Shown one piece after another: positions 1 to 11,760 of a stretch of DNA of 64,000 nt. Source of the stretch: Octopus sinensis (lineage: Eukaryota). The notes under the pieces are model-generated. The model searched no databases. It was not told the origin of the DNA and saw only the letters and a list, made by a program, of their open reading frames with translations. Position numbers and translations under genes: made by a program. The stretch spans positions 81,778,001 through 81,842,000 of the forward strand of contig NC_042997.1 of assembly GCF_006345805.1 (NCBI RefSeq), read 5' to 3'. Position 1 is the stretch's first letter. Each line of letters begins with the position of its first letter.

Positions 1-80
1 AAGTATCTTCTACTATAGCTTCAGGCTGACCAAAGCATTGTGAGTGGATTTGGCAAGCAGAAATAGAAAGAAGCCTATCT
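1..80 (+). mobile_element. tRNA-derived SINE family A, internal fragment
   Basis: Matches the 5' body of the copies at 5334 and 8142 (tcttctactatagc...gaccaaagc.ttgtgagtggatttgg...gaaagaagcc). Confidence 0.8.
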
Positions 81-1299
81 CATTTGTGTGTGTGCATGTG
101 CGCATGCATGTGTGTGTGTGTAATATATATATATATTATATATATATATATATTATATATATATATATATATATAAATTAAAGATAAAACCACTATTAGG
201 CAAATCAAACAGTGAAAAACATAAAAATAAATATTATTAATATAATATACAAAATATATAAAAATATAAAATTTAAAATTAAATTATTTAAATTTCAAAT
301 TTTTAATTTATATTCATAAATTTTAATATTTTTAAATATTTTTTAAATTTTAAATTTATAAATTTTTAAACTTTTAATTTTTTAATATTTATATTTATTT
401 ATTTATTACATTTATATATATATATATATATAACTATCAAAAAGGTATTAAAAAGTTTAATATAATATAATGACCATAACCCAATTCGAATTACAATAAT
501 TTAAATTCAATTAAAAATTCGAATTATAATCATAGTCAATCTTCAGGTTAATGATAATAGTTAAATAAATAAGCAAATATATTTAAACAAAATTTATTAA
601 GAAATAAATAAAATAATAATTTTTCTTATAAAAAACTCTATCATCAAATTAGAAACTAACGATTAGGATTATGTCATACAATCCAATTATAATGTTAAAT
701 ATTAATTTTTAAGGTAAAAATTGGCTAGAAAATCGTTTATTAGATACAATAATAAATTATGGGCTAGGAAGGACACTAGGGACTATTTTGATATACCTAT
801 GGGGGCACCCGATTCTGCACAAGCTACGGATTTGGTAGGTATTTATCTATTATCTGAACTTCAATAAGAAAATTTAAAACTAGAGAGTGGTTTATATAGG
901 GATGACCTTTTATTAATTACTAAGAATTGCACTAATAGGAACCTAGAATTATATAAGAAAAACTTTATAGTTTATTTAAAAGATATGGTTTAAGTATCTC
1001 TTATTATAAAAGGCAGATTTTATCTGCCTCCCTTTTCTCTTATAGAAATCTACAATATAGGATTTCTTCAATTACAATTTACCTAGCATTTTTAAGAGTA
1101 GAATAAATCGGGTCATGCCTGGTCCAGTTTTTAAAATTTCAACCCCAATTAAGCAAAATTTAGAGAAATTTTGTGGTGTGTTAGTCAAGTGCTTTTCTTA
1201 GTGTGGGCTATAGCACATGCACACACACACACACACAAAAAAAGGGAGCGATCTGATTCACTCACGCTATCACTCTAATTTCTACGACTTTCTCTTTGC

Positions 1300-1974
1300 A
1301 AGTTTGCAACGATTAAAGTGAAAACAGTGAATCCGACAGCGCTAAAGAAAATGAATTGGCACCTGAATGGAGTGAAAATTTAAAAGCTGTTTCTTTCGGT
1401 GATTTTTCTGAAGAAACTGGACCAAGCCACAGACTTTCCCAGAAGAGTAAAGCCTTAAACTATTTCTTTTTACTTTTTCGAATGAGCCCATTTGAAATCA
1501 TTACGGCGGAAACGAACTGTTACGCTAAACGTAAACAAAGCGAAAGAAAGGATAGTTTGTTATTTCCCACAACCTTAAATGAAATTAAGGCCTATTTTGC
1601 CATAAATATTATTATGGGTATCAGAAAGTTACCCAGAATAACAAATTCTATCGTAAAATTTTGTTGTATACCCAATTGAATATTAGCTAATAACCCATTT
1701 TCTATAGCGATGTTTCAACAAAATTTTAATAATTTTATATTTTGTTGAATTTACCTGTATCTACCTGCAATTAGAGTCACTTTGTAACAAAAATTATAGT
1801 ATAGAATTGGTTGAGAACATTTCATTAAATTATCTTCCAAAATTCATGTTAATATATTGATAAATAAAAAAGTTATAGTTGTTTAATGAAACCAGACTAA
1901 ATTTATGATTATGTTAGAAATTAATTGAAACACATAAGGGGTGTATTTTGGTCAGAAATATAGTAACGAAAGGG
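1300..1974 (+). mobile_element. piggyBac-derived non-autonomous element with N-terminal transposase remnant (left end unresolved)
   Basis: ORF 1356-1679 (TGP...YFFLLF...ITAETNCYA...TTLNEIKAYFAINIIMGIRKLP) resembles the PGBD N-terminal region. Ends in gtaacgaaaggg|TTAA. Its last ~330 bp are homologous to the ends of the elements at 49554 and 56534. Confidence 0.8.
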
Positions 1975-2086
1975 TTAAGAAAAACCAAAAAATATTTTAT
2001 TCTTTATAAATGTTGTGTTCAAAATAACATTTTCTTTTAAGAATGTGTATATAACAAAGTATGTGTATATAACTACGTGGCTTATA

Positions 2087-2480
2087 TCTTTATATATAAA
2101 AGTGAAGTTGTGTGTCTGTCTCCTACGATTTAGATTCGTAACTACTCCCACATTTTGCGGTGCAGTGTAACCAAAACCGGGTATCTTATAGTCGTGATTC
2201 ATATCGAGCCCTTCTGGGTATTAGCGAGCGTCTACGATGAGTCTACGATTTAAAAAAAATTTACCATCATATTTTTCCATTTTAATGCATTTTTTCGCTA
2301 TTATATAAGGGAAGTAACTCTCTAAAAATATCTACGATGTGTCAACGATTTAAAAAAAATTTACCTTAATTTTTTTTCCATTTTTAATGCATTTTTTTGC
2401 TATTTTTTGGCTATAACTCTAAAAATGCTTATATAGTTATTTCCCTTACAAACCCGAGCAACGCCGGGCGATACTGCTAG
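2087..2480 (+). mobile_element. Non-autonomous Helitron
   Basis: A|TC 5' end, subterminal hairpin cccgagcaacgccggg, and CTAG|T 3' end; no TSD. Confidence 0.8.
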
Positions 2481-2685
2481 TTACTATATATAATGAGAAT
2501 TATAATGTTAATTATTTAGATGTTAATTTTAATCTAATAACGGGTAAAATACAACCATATCATAAATTTAATGAAAACCTTAAATATATAAATGTTAATA
2601 GTAATCACCCACCACCAATTAAAAAATCGTTGATTAATAATATAAATAAACATATATCATTACTTTCATTACATATATCATTACA

Positions 2686-2915
2686 GGCGGCGAGCTGGCA
2701 GAGACGTTAGCACGTCGGGCGAAGTACTTCGCGGTATTTCATCCGTCGCTACGTTCTGAGTTCAAATTCCGCCGAGGTCGACTTTGCCTTTCATCCTTTC
2801 GGAGTCGATAAATTAAGTACCAGTTACGCACTGGGGTCGATGTAATCCACTTAATCCGTGTGTCTGTCCTTGTTTGTCCCCTCTATGTTTAGCCCCTTGT
2901 GGGTAGTAAAGAAAC
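2686..2915 (+). mobile_element. tRNA-derived SINE family B
   Basis: A-box-like ggcgagctggcagagacgttagc and B-box gagttcaaattcc. Flanked by a direct repeat tatatcattac (probable TSD). Other copies at 28021 and 42612. Confidence 0.85.
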
Positions 2916-3289
2916 GTATATCATTACTTTCTTATGATTTAGAGATTTTTAATAAACATGCACCTTATTAAAATGAGGTTCTACGAGTGGCAGGTTATAA
3001 TAATAATATTAATTTTTTTAATAAAAATAAAGATAAAAATAATAATAATTATACTAATTATGTTAGTTATATTAGTAGTAATTGTAGTAATTATAAAAAT
3101 AAAAATAATATTAAAAATATGACAAATTTTAATATTAATTCAATAAATGTTAATTATAATTATAATTTTAATATTAATAATATTATAAAGAAATATAATA
3201 ATTGTAATGGTAATAATAGTGATAGTGGTAGTAATAGTAATAATAATAATAATAATAATAGTAATAATAATATGATTAATTATAATAAT

Positions 3290-3329
<40 letters not shown>

Positions 3330-5333
3330 TTAATAATAATAATAATAATAATAATAAGAAGAAGAAGAAGAAGAAGAAGAAGAATGATAGTAATAATATT
3401 AATAATAATAATAATAAGAAGAAGAAGAATAAAATTTGGTTACTTGTTCCTTATGGTGCTTAAATTAAAACTAACATTATTAAAGAGATTTTAGATATTA
3501 TTGAACAATTCATTCAGGATAATCGTAAATATAAAAAAAATTTCTCTAGTAATAACTTTGGAGTAGGTTATTCTATCACTAATAGTGTAGGTAACATTAT
3601 TTCTTTTTTTAACAAATTTAAGTTCAATAATTTATATAAAAATAAATTTTATAATCATACCAATAATAATAAAGATATGTAAGTGTAAATTTAATAATAA
3701 ATGTGATTTAAACGATGTTGTTTATAAATGTATAGTTACATTAATTAATGAGAATAATAGGAATAATAATAACTTAAACGCCATTTATATAGGGTTCACT
3801 TCCTCTAAAATAAAGTTAAGAATCGCACAGCATATGCATTCATTTAAAAATAAAAACCTAATTAACACTACAGGGCTTAGCAAATACATTCGGGGGCTTA
3901 AATCTCAAAGTATTAAGTATGATTTAAGGTGGGAAATTATAAGTAAGGCCAAATCATATAGTATAGGTGGCAATTATTGTTATTTATGTTCTAATGAGTT
4001 TAAAGAAATTTCATTTTATGAAATTAATAATTTAGTGAATACTTGGGATGAGCGTAAAGTTAAATGAAGACACAGGTTACTTTACTTATATAATAAATTT
4101 CTAGATAAATAATGACTATATCTAAACCCTATTTTGTTCCTAATTTGTAGATTTATGTACTAGTATTAATCTAAAATTTAGTATGTGATTTATAATACAT
4201 ATTACATGATTTTATATGTTAAATTTAATATTATTAAATAAATAATTTATATTTTAATAAATTTATAAATATATTAATTAATGATAGTTGTGTAGTGTTT
4301 CCAATTCTTTATGAGGTTTGGTATTGGTCAATAAGAGTTATTAAAGGTTCTTTATTTACTTGAAGTTAGATTATATTTAGATGTTTATTTTATTACTAAA
4401 TATTTAATGGTTTTAATGAATATAGATTATATGAAGGTTTATAATTTTGAATGTAGAGGATAATAATTTTTTCTTTATGTAATATTTTTTATAATGGTAA
4501 TTTGTATTTTTTATTCAATTATAGAACGATGTATTTGATCTATAGATAAATTAATTTACCTATATAAGTAGTTTAATTTATTATTGGTTAGCTTTTATTT
4601 CGAGGATTAATATGATATATAATATAAATATATATTTATCATATACTTGAATTAAGTTTATAGTTTGTTATAAATTTGTTAAATTAATCAATTTGTATGT
4701 ATTTTCTATATATTTGAAGTAGATTTATTTAGATGTTTATTTAATCAATATTATTTAATGAATTTTATTAGAATATAGTTTTAATATTAATTAGTGGTCA
4801 TATTATAGATAATGCTTGAATTACTACTGAATTAATTTTGAATGTGTCTAATAGCTATTTTAAAATTTTTTAAATTTTTTACTGATATTAATTTGACTAC
4901 TACGTAATTTTTTTATATAAATTAATTAAATCTTATAAGATTTTTAGAAAATACATAGTAATTGGTAGTTATATTAATTATTTAATTTATTGATTATTGA
5001 GTATAATTTATTGTAGTTATTTTTAATGATAAATCTTATAGTACTTAGTGGTTTTATTCTATAATTGTGACTTTTTTTATTGATAAACTATAGCTGTTTC
5101 CATTGACAATAATTTTCATTGATAAAATATAATCGTAGTTTTTCATTGTTAAAAGAATTCTTCATCTATTTATTCTATTTCTGTTAATAACGTAATTCTA
5201 CGAGTATTCTTATAAATGCTTAAAAGACGTTTTCCGTTTTAAAATTTTAGTTCATGACACGGCCCTGGTAAAGCTAAGTAATCTATTTATATTTAAGATT
5301 TAAAAAATTTTAAATATTTTAATAAGTCTTATT

Positions 5334-5520
5334 GGAGTGGCTGTGTGGTAAGTAGCATGCTTACCAATCACATGGTTCCGGGTTCAGTCCTACTATGTGG
5401 CACCTTGGGTAAGTGTCTTCTACTATAGCCTTGGGCCATCCCAAACCTTCTGAGTGGATTTGGTTGACAGAGACTGAAAGAAGCCCATTGTATATGTATG
5501 TATGCATGTGTGTGTGTGTA

Positions 5521-5552
<32 letters not shown>

Positions 5553-5762
5553 TGTGTGTCAGCGTTTGTCCCCCACCCACCCAACATTGCTTGACAACTG
5601 ATGCTGGTGTGGTTACATCCACATAACTTAGCAGTTCGGCAAAAGAGACCAATAGAATAAGTACTAGGCTTACAAAGAATAAGTCTTGGGGTTGATTTGC
5701 TCAGCTAAAGGTGGTGTTCCAACATGACAACAGTCAAATGATTGAATCAAGTAAAAGAAAAG
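5334..5762 (+). mobile_element. tRNA-derived SINE family A, full length
   Basis: Head tggctgtgtggtaag...gggttcagtcc, central (TG/TA)n, and a 3' tail ggtggtgttccaacatgacaacagtcaaatgattgaa related to the CR1-LINE 3' end. Confidence 0.85.
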
Positions 5763-5779
5763 TAATAGAAAAAAGATAT

Positions 5780-8110
5780 ATAAATATAATAAAAATATAT
5801 AGATTTATCAATACATTAAATATATATAAATACATAAATATAATAAATATATTAAAAATATATTGAAAACATAAATACATATATTGATTGACTTACAGAA
5901 TAAAAATGATACCACAGAACTAGATAGAAAGTTAAGGGTCCAGAAAAAAGTAAAACACAAAAGGTTTGAATATTAAATAATCCGACAGCTGTTTCTGGGA
6001 ATCTAGTTGTCCAATCAAAACATCCTGATTGGACTACTGATTTGATACAACCTGAAATCATATAAAAACCCTCCTCCAAATCCTCTATTAGCTAATTTTG
6101 AGATGGATCTAAAGTATATGATGAAAAACTTAAAATTTTCTTACTACACTAACTCATTCTAGAAGAAGCTTTCCAAAACTATATCAAAAATAAGATCTTC
6201 AACAATTTTACATGTTTCTCCCATAAAACCAGCAATCTCCACTCTTCACCTTTGGAAACATGCAATAGTTTAATACTAAAGGAGCTAAACACTAACTATA
6301 AACACACACATAGAAATGCACTCAATCAGATCAATAATACACATTATAAGCTTATTGCAGATTTGAATTTAGTAAATAGAACTGAACAATATGCACCATA
6401 AACTTCCCGTTTTACCCTGAAAGACCATAAGTCTAATTTTCTCTCTAAACCATCCATCTGACTTATTTGTCCCATAAAGCTTGTTTTGGGTAAAATTAGT
6501 AAATGTATTACAGATAGAATTGTACCCCATGTTAAAGCTAATGTCAGGCTCCCTCTATGGAACTCAAATGGCAATGTTATTACCTGGTTTAATTCCCTCA
6601 AGGAATATTAATTTTATTCAATTTGATATATTAAATTACTATGCATCAATATCTCTGATTCTTGTGAATAAAACATTGATTTTTGCCTGAAACTATGCAG
6701 ATATATCCCGATCTGACATAGATATAATTCTGGGAGTGAGGAAAATTCTTATTAATTTCAAGGACTCGAAATACTTCTATTGACTATTTTGATATAACAA
6801 TGGGCTCTCCTGAGTTGGCCCAAATTATAGACCTTCTTTCACAAATTAAGCAGCAGTTTGCTAACATATCTGGTGGACTCTACAGTGATGATGCGTTCCT
6901 AGCAGCTGAGGGATTATTTTGACTAGCAATTGAATGCATAAAGAAAGCTTAAAAATTTTTTTTGAAAATTACTATCTTAATATCTTATTTGAAACTGATA
7001 GCAAGGCGGCAAATTTTTTTGGATCTTACACTTAACTTATATACTAACTTATACTACCCATTTCACAAGGCCCAACCAAACCTTGCAATATATAAATGAA
7101 CTTTCAAATCATCCTAAAATAACCCTGGTTACAGGGATTTCAATAAGAATCTCAAATTTATCTGCTAATGAGGAAATATTTAATATTCACGCTCCTTACT
7201 ACAATCAGGCTCTACAATTAAGTAGATTCTAAGATTTTATAAGCATGGCCACCACTTCAAATCAATCAAGCAGACCCATAAAAAACCCACCTTCAAATTA
7301 TTTACACCTTAGACCATCCGGAACTTATAGTAATTATAAATCTCCTCTTTCTGACCATGTAGCCACATATTCTAAGACTAGAAAGCAAGAAATCCAATGG
7401 TATGCACCATCCTTCTCTCTCCGGGTTAAATCTTTACCTAAATTATTTTTTAAAATTTTGAAATCCAATTTTCCATAACATCATAAATACTACTCTATTT
7501 TTAACAAATCATCAGTGAAATTATTTTACTCCACCACACCAAACTTAGGATCCATAATAACCTCTCTTAATAGACGTAAACTCCAACTTCAGACTACTAC
7601 ATACTTAAATTCTTAGAGTGCACTCCATATTAGTTCAGTCAGTAACAACACGATCCATAATAACAGTGGAATTAGAAGGAAAACCTGTAATTATCACATT
7701 CCTAAATCATGCTTGCTTGCAGTTTTATTTTTCTGTGCAAAAACATGATTTATAAATGTCGTGTAGAAACACCAGGCACACACCGAGCAAATGTCTATAT
7801 CAATAGTACTATAGATTTTAAGCATCGTTATTGAGCTTACTTAAATTCCTTTACTGAAACAAAATCCAAATTTTCGACCTCATTAGCAGCATACATACAA
7901 AATCTTAAGTTACAAATTATACAATATACACTAGATTGTTCCATAATAAGAAGCTCTCCTTACAAATCGGTACATACACTCAATCTACAGGATATAAGCG
8001 ATTATTTGGTGAAAGTTTCGTTTAAAAGTATCCATTTTCAGGAAGTTATAAGGCAACAAAGCCGGTGGAGTATTAAACTGTAGATATGTCTTTTTTTCAA
8101 TAAACGTTAA
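5780..8110 (+). mobile_element. Second degenerate Penelope-like element
   Basis: MGSPELAQIID, GGLYSDDA, NFLDLTLN, SNHPK, WYAPSFS and GIY-YIG remnants in broken + frames from about 6800 to 8050. Confidence 0.75.
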
Positions 8111-8141
8111 TTTGAACGAATAACATTAACTATATAGGCGT

Positions 8142-8298
8142 AGGAGTGGCTGTGTGGTAAGTAGCTTGCTTACCAACCACATGGTTCCGGGTTCAGTCCC
8201 GCTGCGTGGCACCTTGCGCAAGTGTCTTCTGCTATAGCCTCGGGCTGACCAAAGCCTTGTGAGTGGATTTGGTAGATGGAAACTGAAAGAAGCCCATC

Positions 8299-8334
<36 letters not shown>

Positions 8335-8420
8335 TTATTTATATATATGTTTGTGTGTCTGTGTTGACCCCCCCAACATCGCTTGACAACCGATGCTGGT
8401 GTGTTTACATCCCCGTAACT
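8142..8420 (+). mobile_element. SINE family A, 3'-truncated
   Basis: High similarity to the copy at 5334; ends in (TA)n after ccccgtaactt. Confidence 0.85.
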
Positions 8421-8435
8421 TATATATACATATAC

Positions 8436-8519
<84 letters not shown>

Positions 8520-8665
8520 TATATACAGGAGTAAACACATAAATGTGAAACAAGGTGGAAAAAAGACTACTCAAATACCAGGGGTAGAGTAATATACTTT
8601 ATCTAAAATCAGCAGAAATTCAACAAAACCTGTTACTCTGAGTTTCACGTACCCGTAACGGGTAC

Positions 8666-8747
8666 TTTTTAAAAAAGTTTTAATAGCATCACAGAGAAGG
8701 TGACTTAAGTCACCTTCTCTGTGATGCTATTAAAACTTTTTTAAAAA
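8666..8747. repeat. Perfect 82-bp palindrome (41-bp arms, no spacer)
   Basis: tttttaaaaaagttttaatagcatcacagagaaggtgactt followed directly by its exact reverse complement. Confidence 0.95.
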
Positions 8748-9114
8748 TCTGTGATAAGACTGTGCATCATCTTTAAAGAACTTTAATGAACTTTGGAAAT
8801 CTGTTTATGTTACTTAATTATCTACATTACTTCATGAGTATAGCCTCAACCACTAAGATGTCTAGAGAACTCACATGTATTTTAGCTGATGAGTACGGGA
8901 CACGTTTATATGCTGCAATTTTTGCAACTTTTAATAAAGCCTGTCTTTGTATGAAACGATTGTACTAAAAACTTATCCATTCTTGTTGCTTCTTTCTCGC
9001 TTATAATCACCCCACATTACTGTATGGTTAAAACCGTATAGTTTTTTGGTGCATCTAAGTTAGGTACCATATTCAAGTAAATTCATTAAAATTGACTTGA
9101 ATCTTTATTGCTTT

Positions 9115-9165
<51 letters not shown>

Positions 9166-9173
9166 TACACACC

Positions 9174-9486
9174 TATTGCCAAACTGACGTGGCAAACCAG
9201 AGAAATAGGACGAATGTGGTTGTTGATTAGCTCCGAGAGGTGATCATCTCTAAGTAGATATATGACGCACGAACCTGCGTCCATAAACTTTCAAATAGGG
9301 GAGGTCATCAACTTCTCCTTGGTTTAGCATCCACAAGACCGATTTCTGGGTAGTTTCCCCTTATCCGGAAGGTTTATGGACGTAGGTTCGTGTGTCATAT
9401 ATCTTGCTACAAGCGATCACCTCTCGGAGCTAATTAACAGCAGTATTCGTCCTATTTCTCTGGACGGCCACGTTAGTTTGGCAATA
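9174..9486. mobile_element. Fold-back MITE with ~115-bp imperfect TIRs
   Basis: tattgccaaactgacgtggc...cgtccataaac mirrored by gtttatggacg...ccacgttagtttggcaata; possible TA TSD. Confidence 0.85.
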
Positions 9487-9536
9487 AATATTAATACTCA
9501 GAACTGCTACACACACACATAAATGTATGTACGTGC

Positions 9537-9573
<37 letters not shown>

Positions 9574-9997
9574 GTGTGTGTGTGTGTGTGTGCATGTATG
9601 TATGTACGTACCTACATATGCATGTATGTATGTATGTATGTATGTATGTGCAGAGAAAGAGAGCGAGTGAGAGTAAGAGAGAAATTAAACAATGGGAAAT
9701 CGAATGAAATTGAATTACAAAGGGAGAAATAAAGATGCTTCGAACGTTTAATACTTTATATAAATAAAACTATATAAGCCAATGAAAAATTACGTTAAAA
9801 AATACTTTTCTAACCTGGCATGGTGCTCCGTCAAGTATCGCCACTTAGAACATTATAGGTCTGCTTTAGTTATTGGTTGCTATGGGAACAGTATAATCTA
9901 CGGAAACCTATACACGGCAAAATATAGTTTACATTAAGGAATTGCCAAAGTGCATATTGATTTATGGCTACATCTTATGATAGTGTTTCTAATATGT

Positions 9998-10241
9998 GTA
10001 TACATACATACATACATACATACATACATACATACATACATACATACATACATACATAAATACATACATACATATGTACGTACATACATACATACGTACA
10101 TACGTACGTACATACATACGTACATACGTACATACATACCTACGTACATACATACGTACATACGTTCATACATACATACGTACATACATACCTACGTACG
10201 TACGTACATACACACATACATACATACATACATACATACAT

Positions 10242-10308
<67 letters not shown>

Positions 10309-10310
10309 AA
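9998..10310. repeat. (TACA/TACG)n then (TA)n compound microsatellite
   Basis: Direct inspection. Confidence 0.95.
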
Positions 10311-10498
10311 TACTACAAAATTAGAAAATGGAGAAACATACTTAAATCAATCAAACATCAACCATCAGATGATACCCAATCAATACTTTATTACACCATT
10401 ACATAACAGTAAAGGCATTATACAAAATATATTGTAAATATAATTAGACAAGGAAATAGAAATATAAAATATAAAATATAATATATAATTATATCATA

Positions 10499-10609
10499 TC
10501 TGACAGCTGCTTCGGCCGTAAGGGCAAGCATGCCTCATTTAACCTATAAGCCATATAAGGCAGGTATAAATGAGACATTAGCAAGGATGCCCCACGGCCT
10601 CTTCAGAGA
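10499..10609 (-). ncRNA. Type I hammerhead-ribozyme-like motif with 86-nt stem II (PLE terminus)
   Basis: Minus strand: tct-CUGAAGA-ggccgu...acggcc-GAAG-cagcug-UC-aga. Stem I is tct/aga, stem III is palindromic, the cleavage triplet is GUC. One core change (GAAA to GAAG). Confidence 0.75.
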
Positions 10610-10949
10610 ATTTAATTTACTATAAGTGTGAAAAAATTTTTTTTATACATATAAATATAAAAATATAAAATATAAAAACGTGTGCATAGACACTCATAAT
10701 ACTACACATATATATATACTTATTAATACAATAATACAAAATAAACAAAACAAATTATATCAATATATATTAACAAACACAGTTATTCTACATATTGGGC
10801 TACTAGTTCCAAAAACTAACCTACAGGAAAATGTATGCACACTCACATTTAAATTTAAATCAGACCTATACATAAAAAATAATAAAAAAACACACAGTTC
10901 AGTTCATAAAATTATAAACCTATAAAAGTCAATAAAAATTTCTATTAAT

Positions 10950-10995
<46 letters not shown>

Positions 10996-11358
10996 TAATA
11001 ATAATAAATACAATTATGTCTGTACCAAGTACATCAATCGGACATCTACATATCTATGAGTCTGATTATTCTGTCCGCTTGATATTGATTATTCTAGATT
11101 AATTCGATTGGCTTATAGTTTTAAATTTGAATCACAAAAGAAATTTTACGGTTAGTTAGTCAAGAAACGCACGTACGCACACGCACATCCACAGATCAAT
11201 CGCACATACATACATAATTATATGTATACACACACACATACACTCATACACATACATATCCACAAAGACCGTCAAACACATAAATAAATAAATAATAAAA
11301 GAGGTATAATCGTAGCTATACAGTCATCCAGCCTCTCTAAAACGACAACATATATATA

Positions 11359-11409
<51 letters not shown>

Positions 11410-11415
<6 letters not shown>

Positions 11416-11612
11416 TAATCCAAACAAGAAAACACAAAAAACACAACAACGCGAGGACGTGGAACAAATAAAGTATTATTGGACGCTCAGGAAAGAAGGG
11501 AAGAAGGAGGGTTTAACGTTTCGAGCAGAGCTCTTCGTCGGAAACATAGGAGAAGGAAAGATCCCGAGAAGGGAAGACAGAGGAAAAAAATCGCCAGCGG
11601 TACTCACGATAT
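11410..11612 (-). mobile_element. Probable Penelope-like terminal fragment carrying a minimal hammerhead-like motif (11511-11545)
   Basis: Abuts (TA)n. Minus strand: gttt-CCGACGA-A-gagc-uct-gcuc-GAAA-cg-UU-aaac. Confidence 0.6.
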
Positions 11613-11630
11613 ATATATATATAATTCCTC

Positions 11631-11760
11631 ATCATTTAACGTCCATTTTCCATTCTGGCATGGGTTGGACGGTTTGACAGGAGCTGGCCAGTTGAAGACC
11701 TGCTGAGGCTCCATGTCTGTTTTGGCATGGTTTCTTCGGCAGGGAGGGATGCCCTTAATG
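11631..11760 (-). mobile_element. RTE 3'-tail fragment
   Basis: Reverse complement of the RTE end ccgtccaacccatg...gttaaatgatgat. Similar short minus-strand copies near 30860, 38361, 41398 and 53610. Confidence 0.75.

Larger units (their letters stand above)
170..4080 (+). mobile_element. Degenerate Penelope-like element (RT + GIY-YIG), interrupted by nested insertions
   Basis: 781-920 translates DYFDIPMGAPDSAQATDLVGIYLL...GLYRDD. About 2500-2640 gives YLDVNFNLITGKIQPYHK...SNHPPPIK. About 3680-4067 gives CKCK..KCDLNDVVYKC...YIGFT...RIAQH.HSF...LSKYI..LK...WEII..A.SY....CYLC. Contains stops and frameshifts. Confidence 0.9.

Noticed and set aside
2987-3463. 158-aa poly-Asn/Lys ORF
   Set aside because: Microsatellite expansion within the Penelope RT-endonuclease linker, not an independent gene.
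5245-5290. Possible hammerhead at the 3' end of the first Penelope element
   Set aside because: Needs several substitutions and a deletion to fit the core; too speculative.
8259-10324. Many YI/HT/CV-repeat ORFs in the ORF track
   Set aside because: Translations of (TA)n, (TACA)n and (TG)n microsatellites and SINE bodies.
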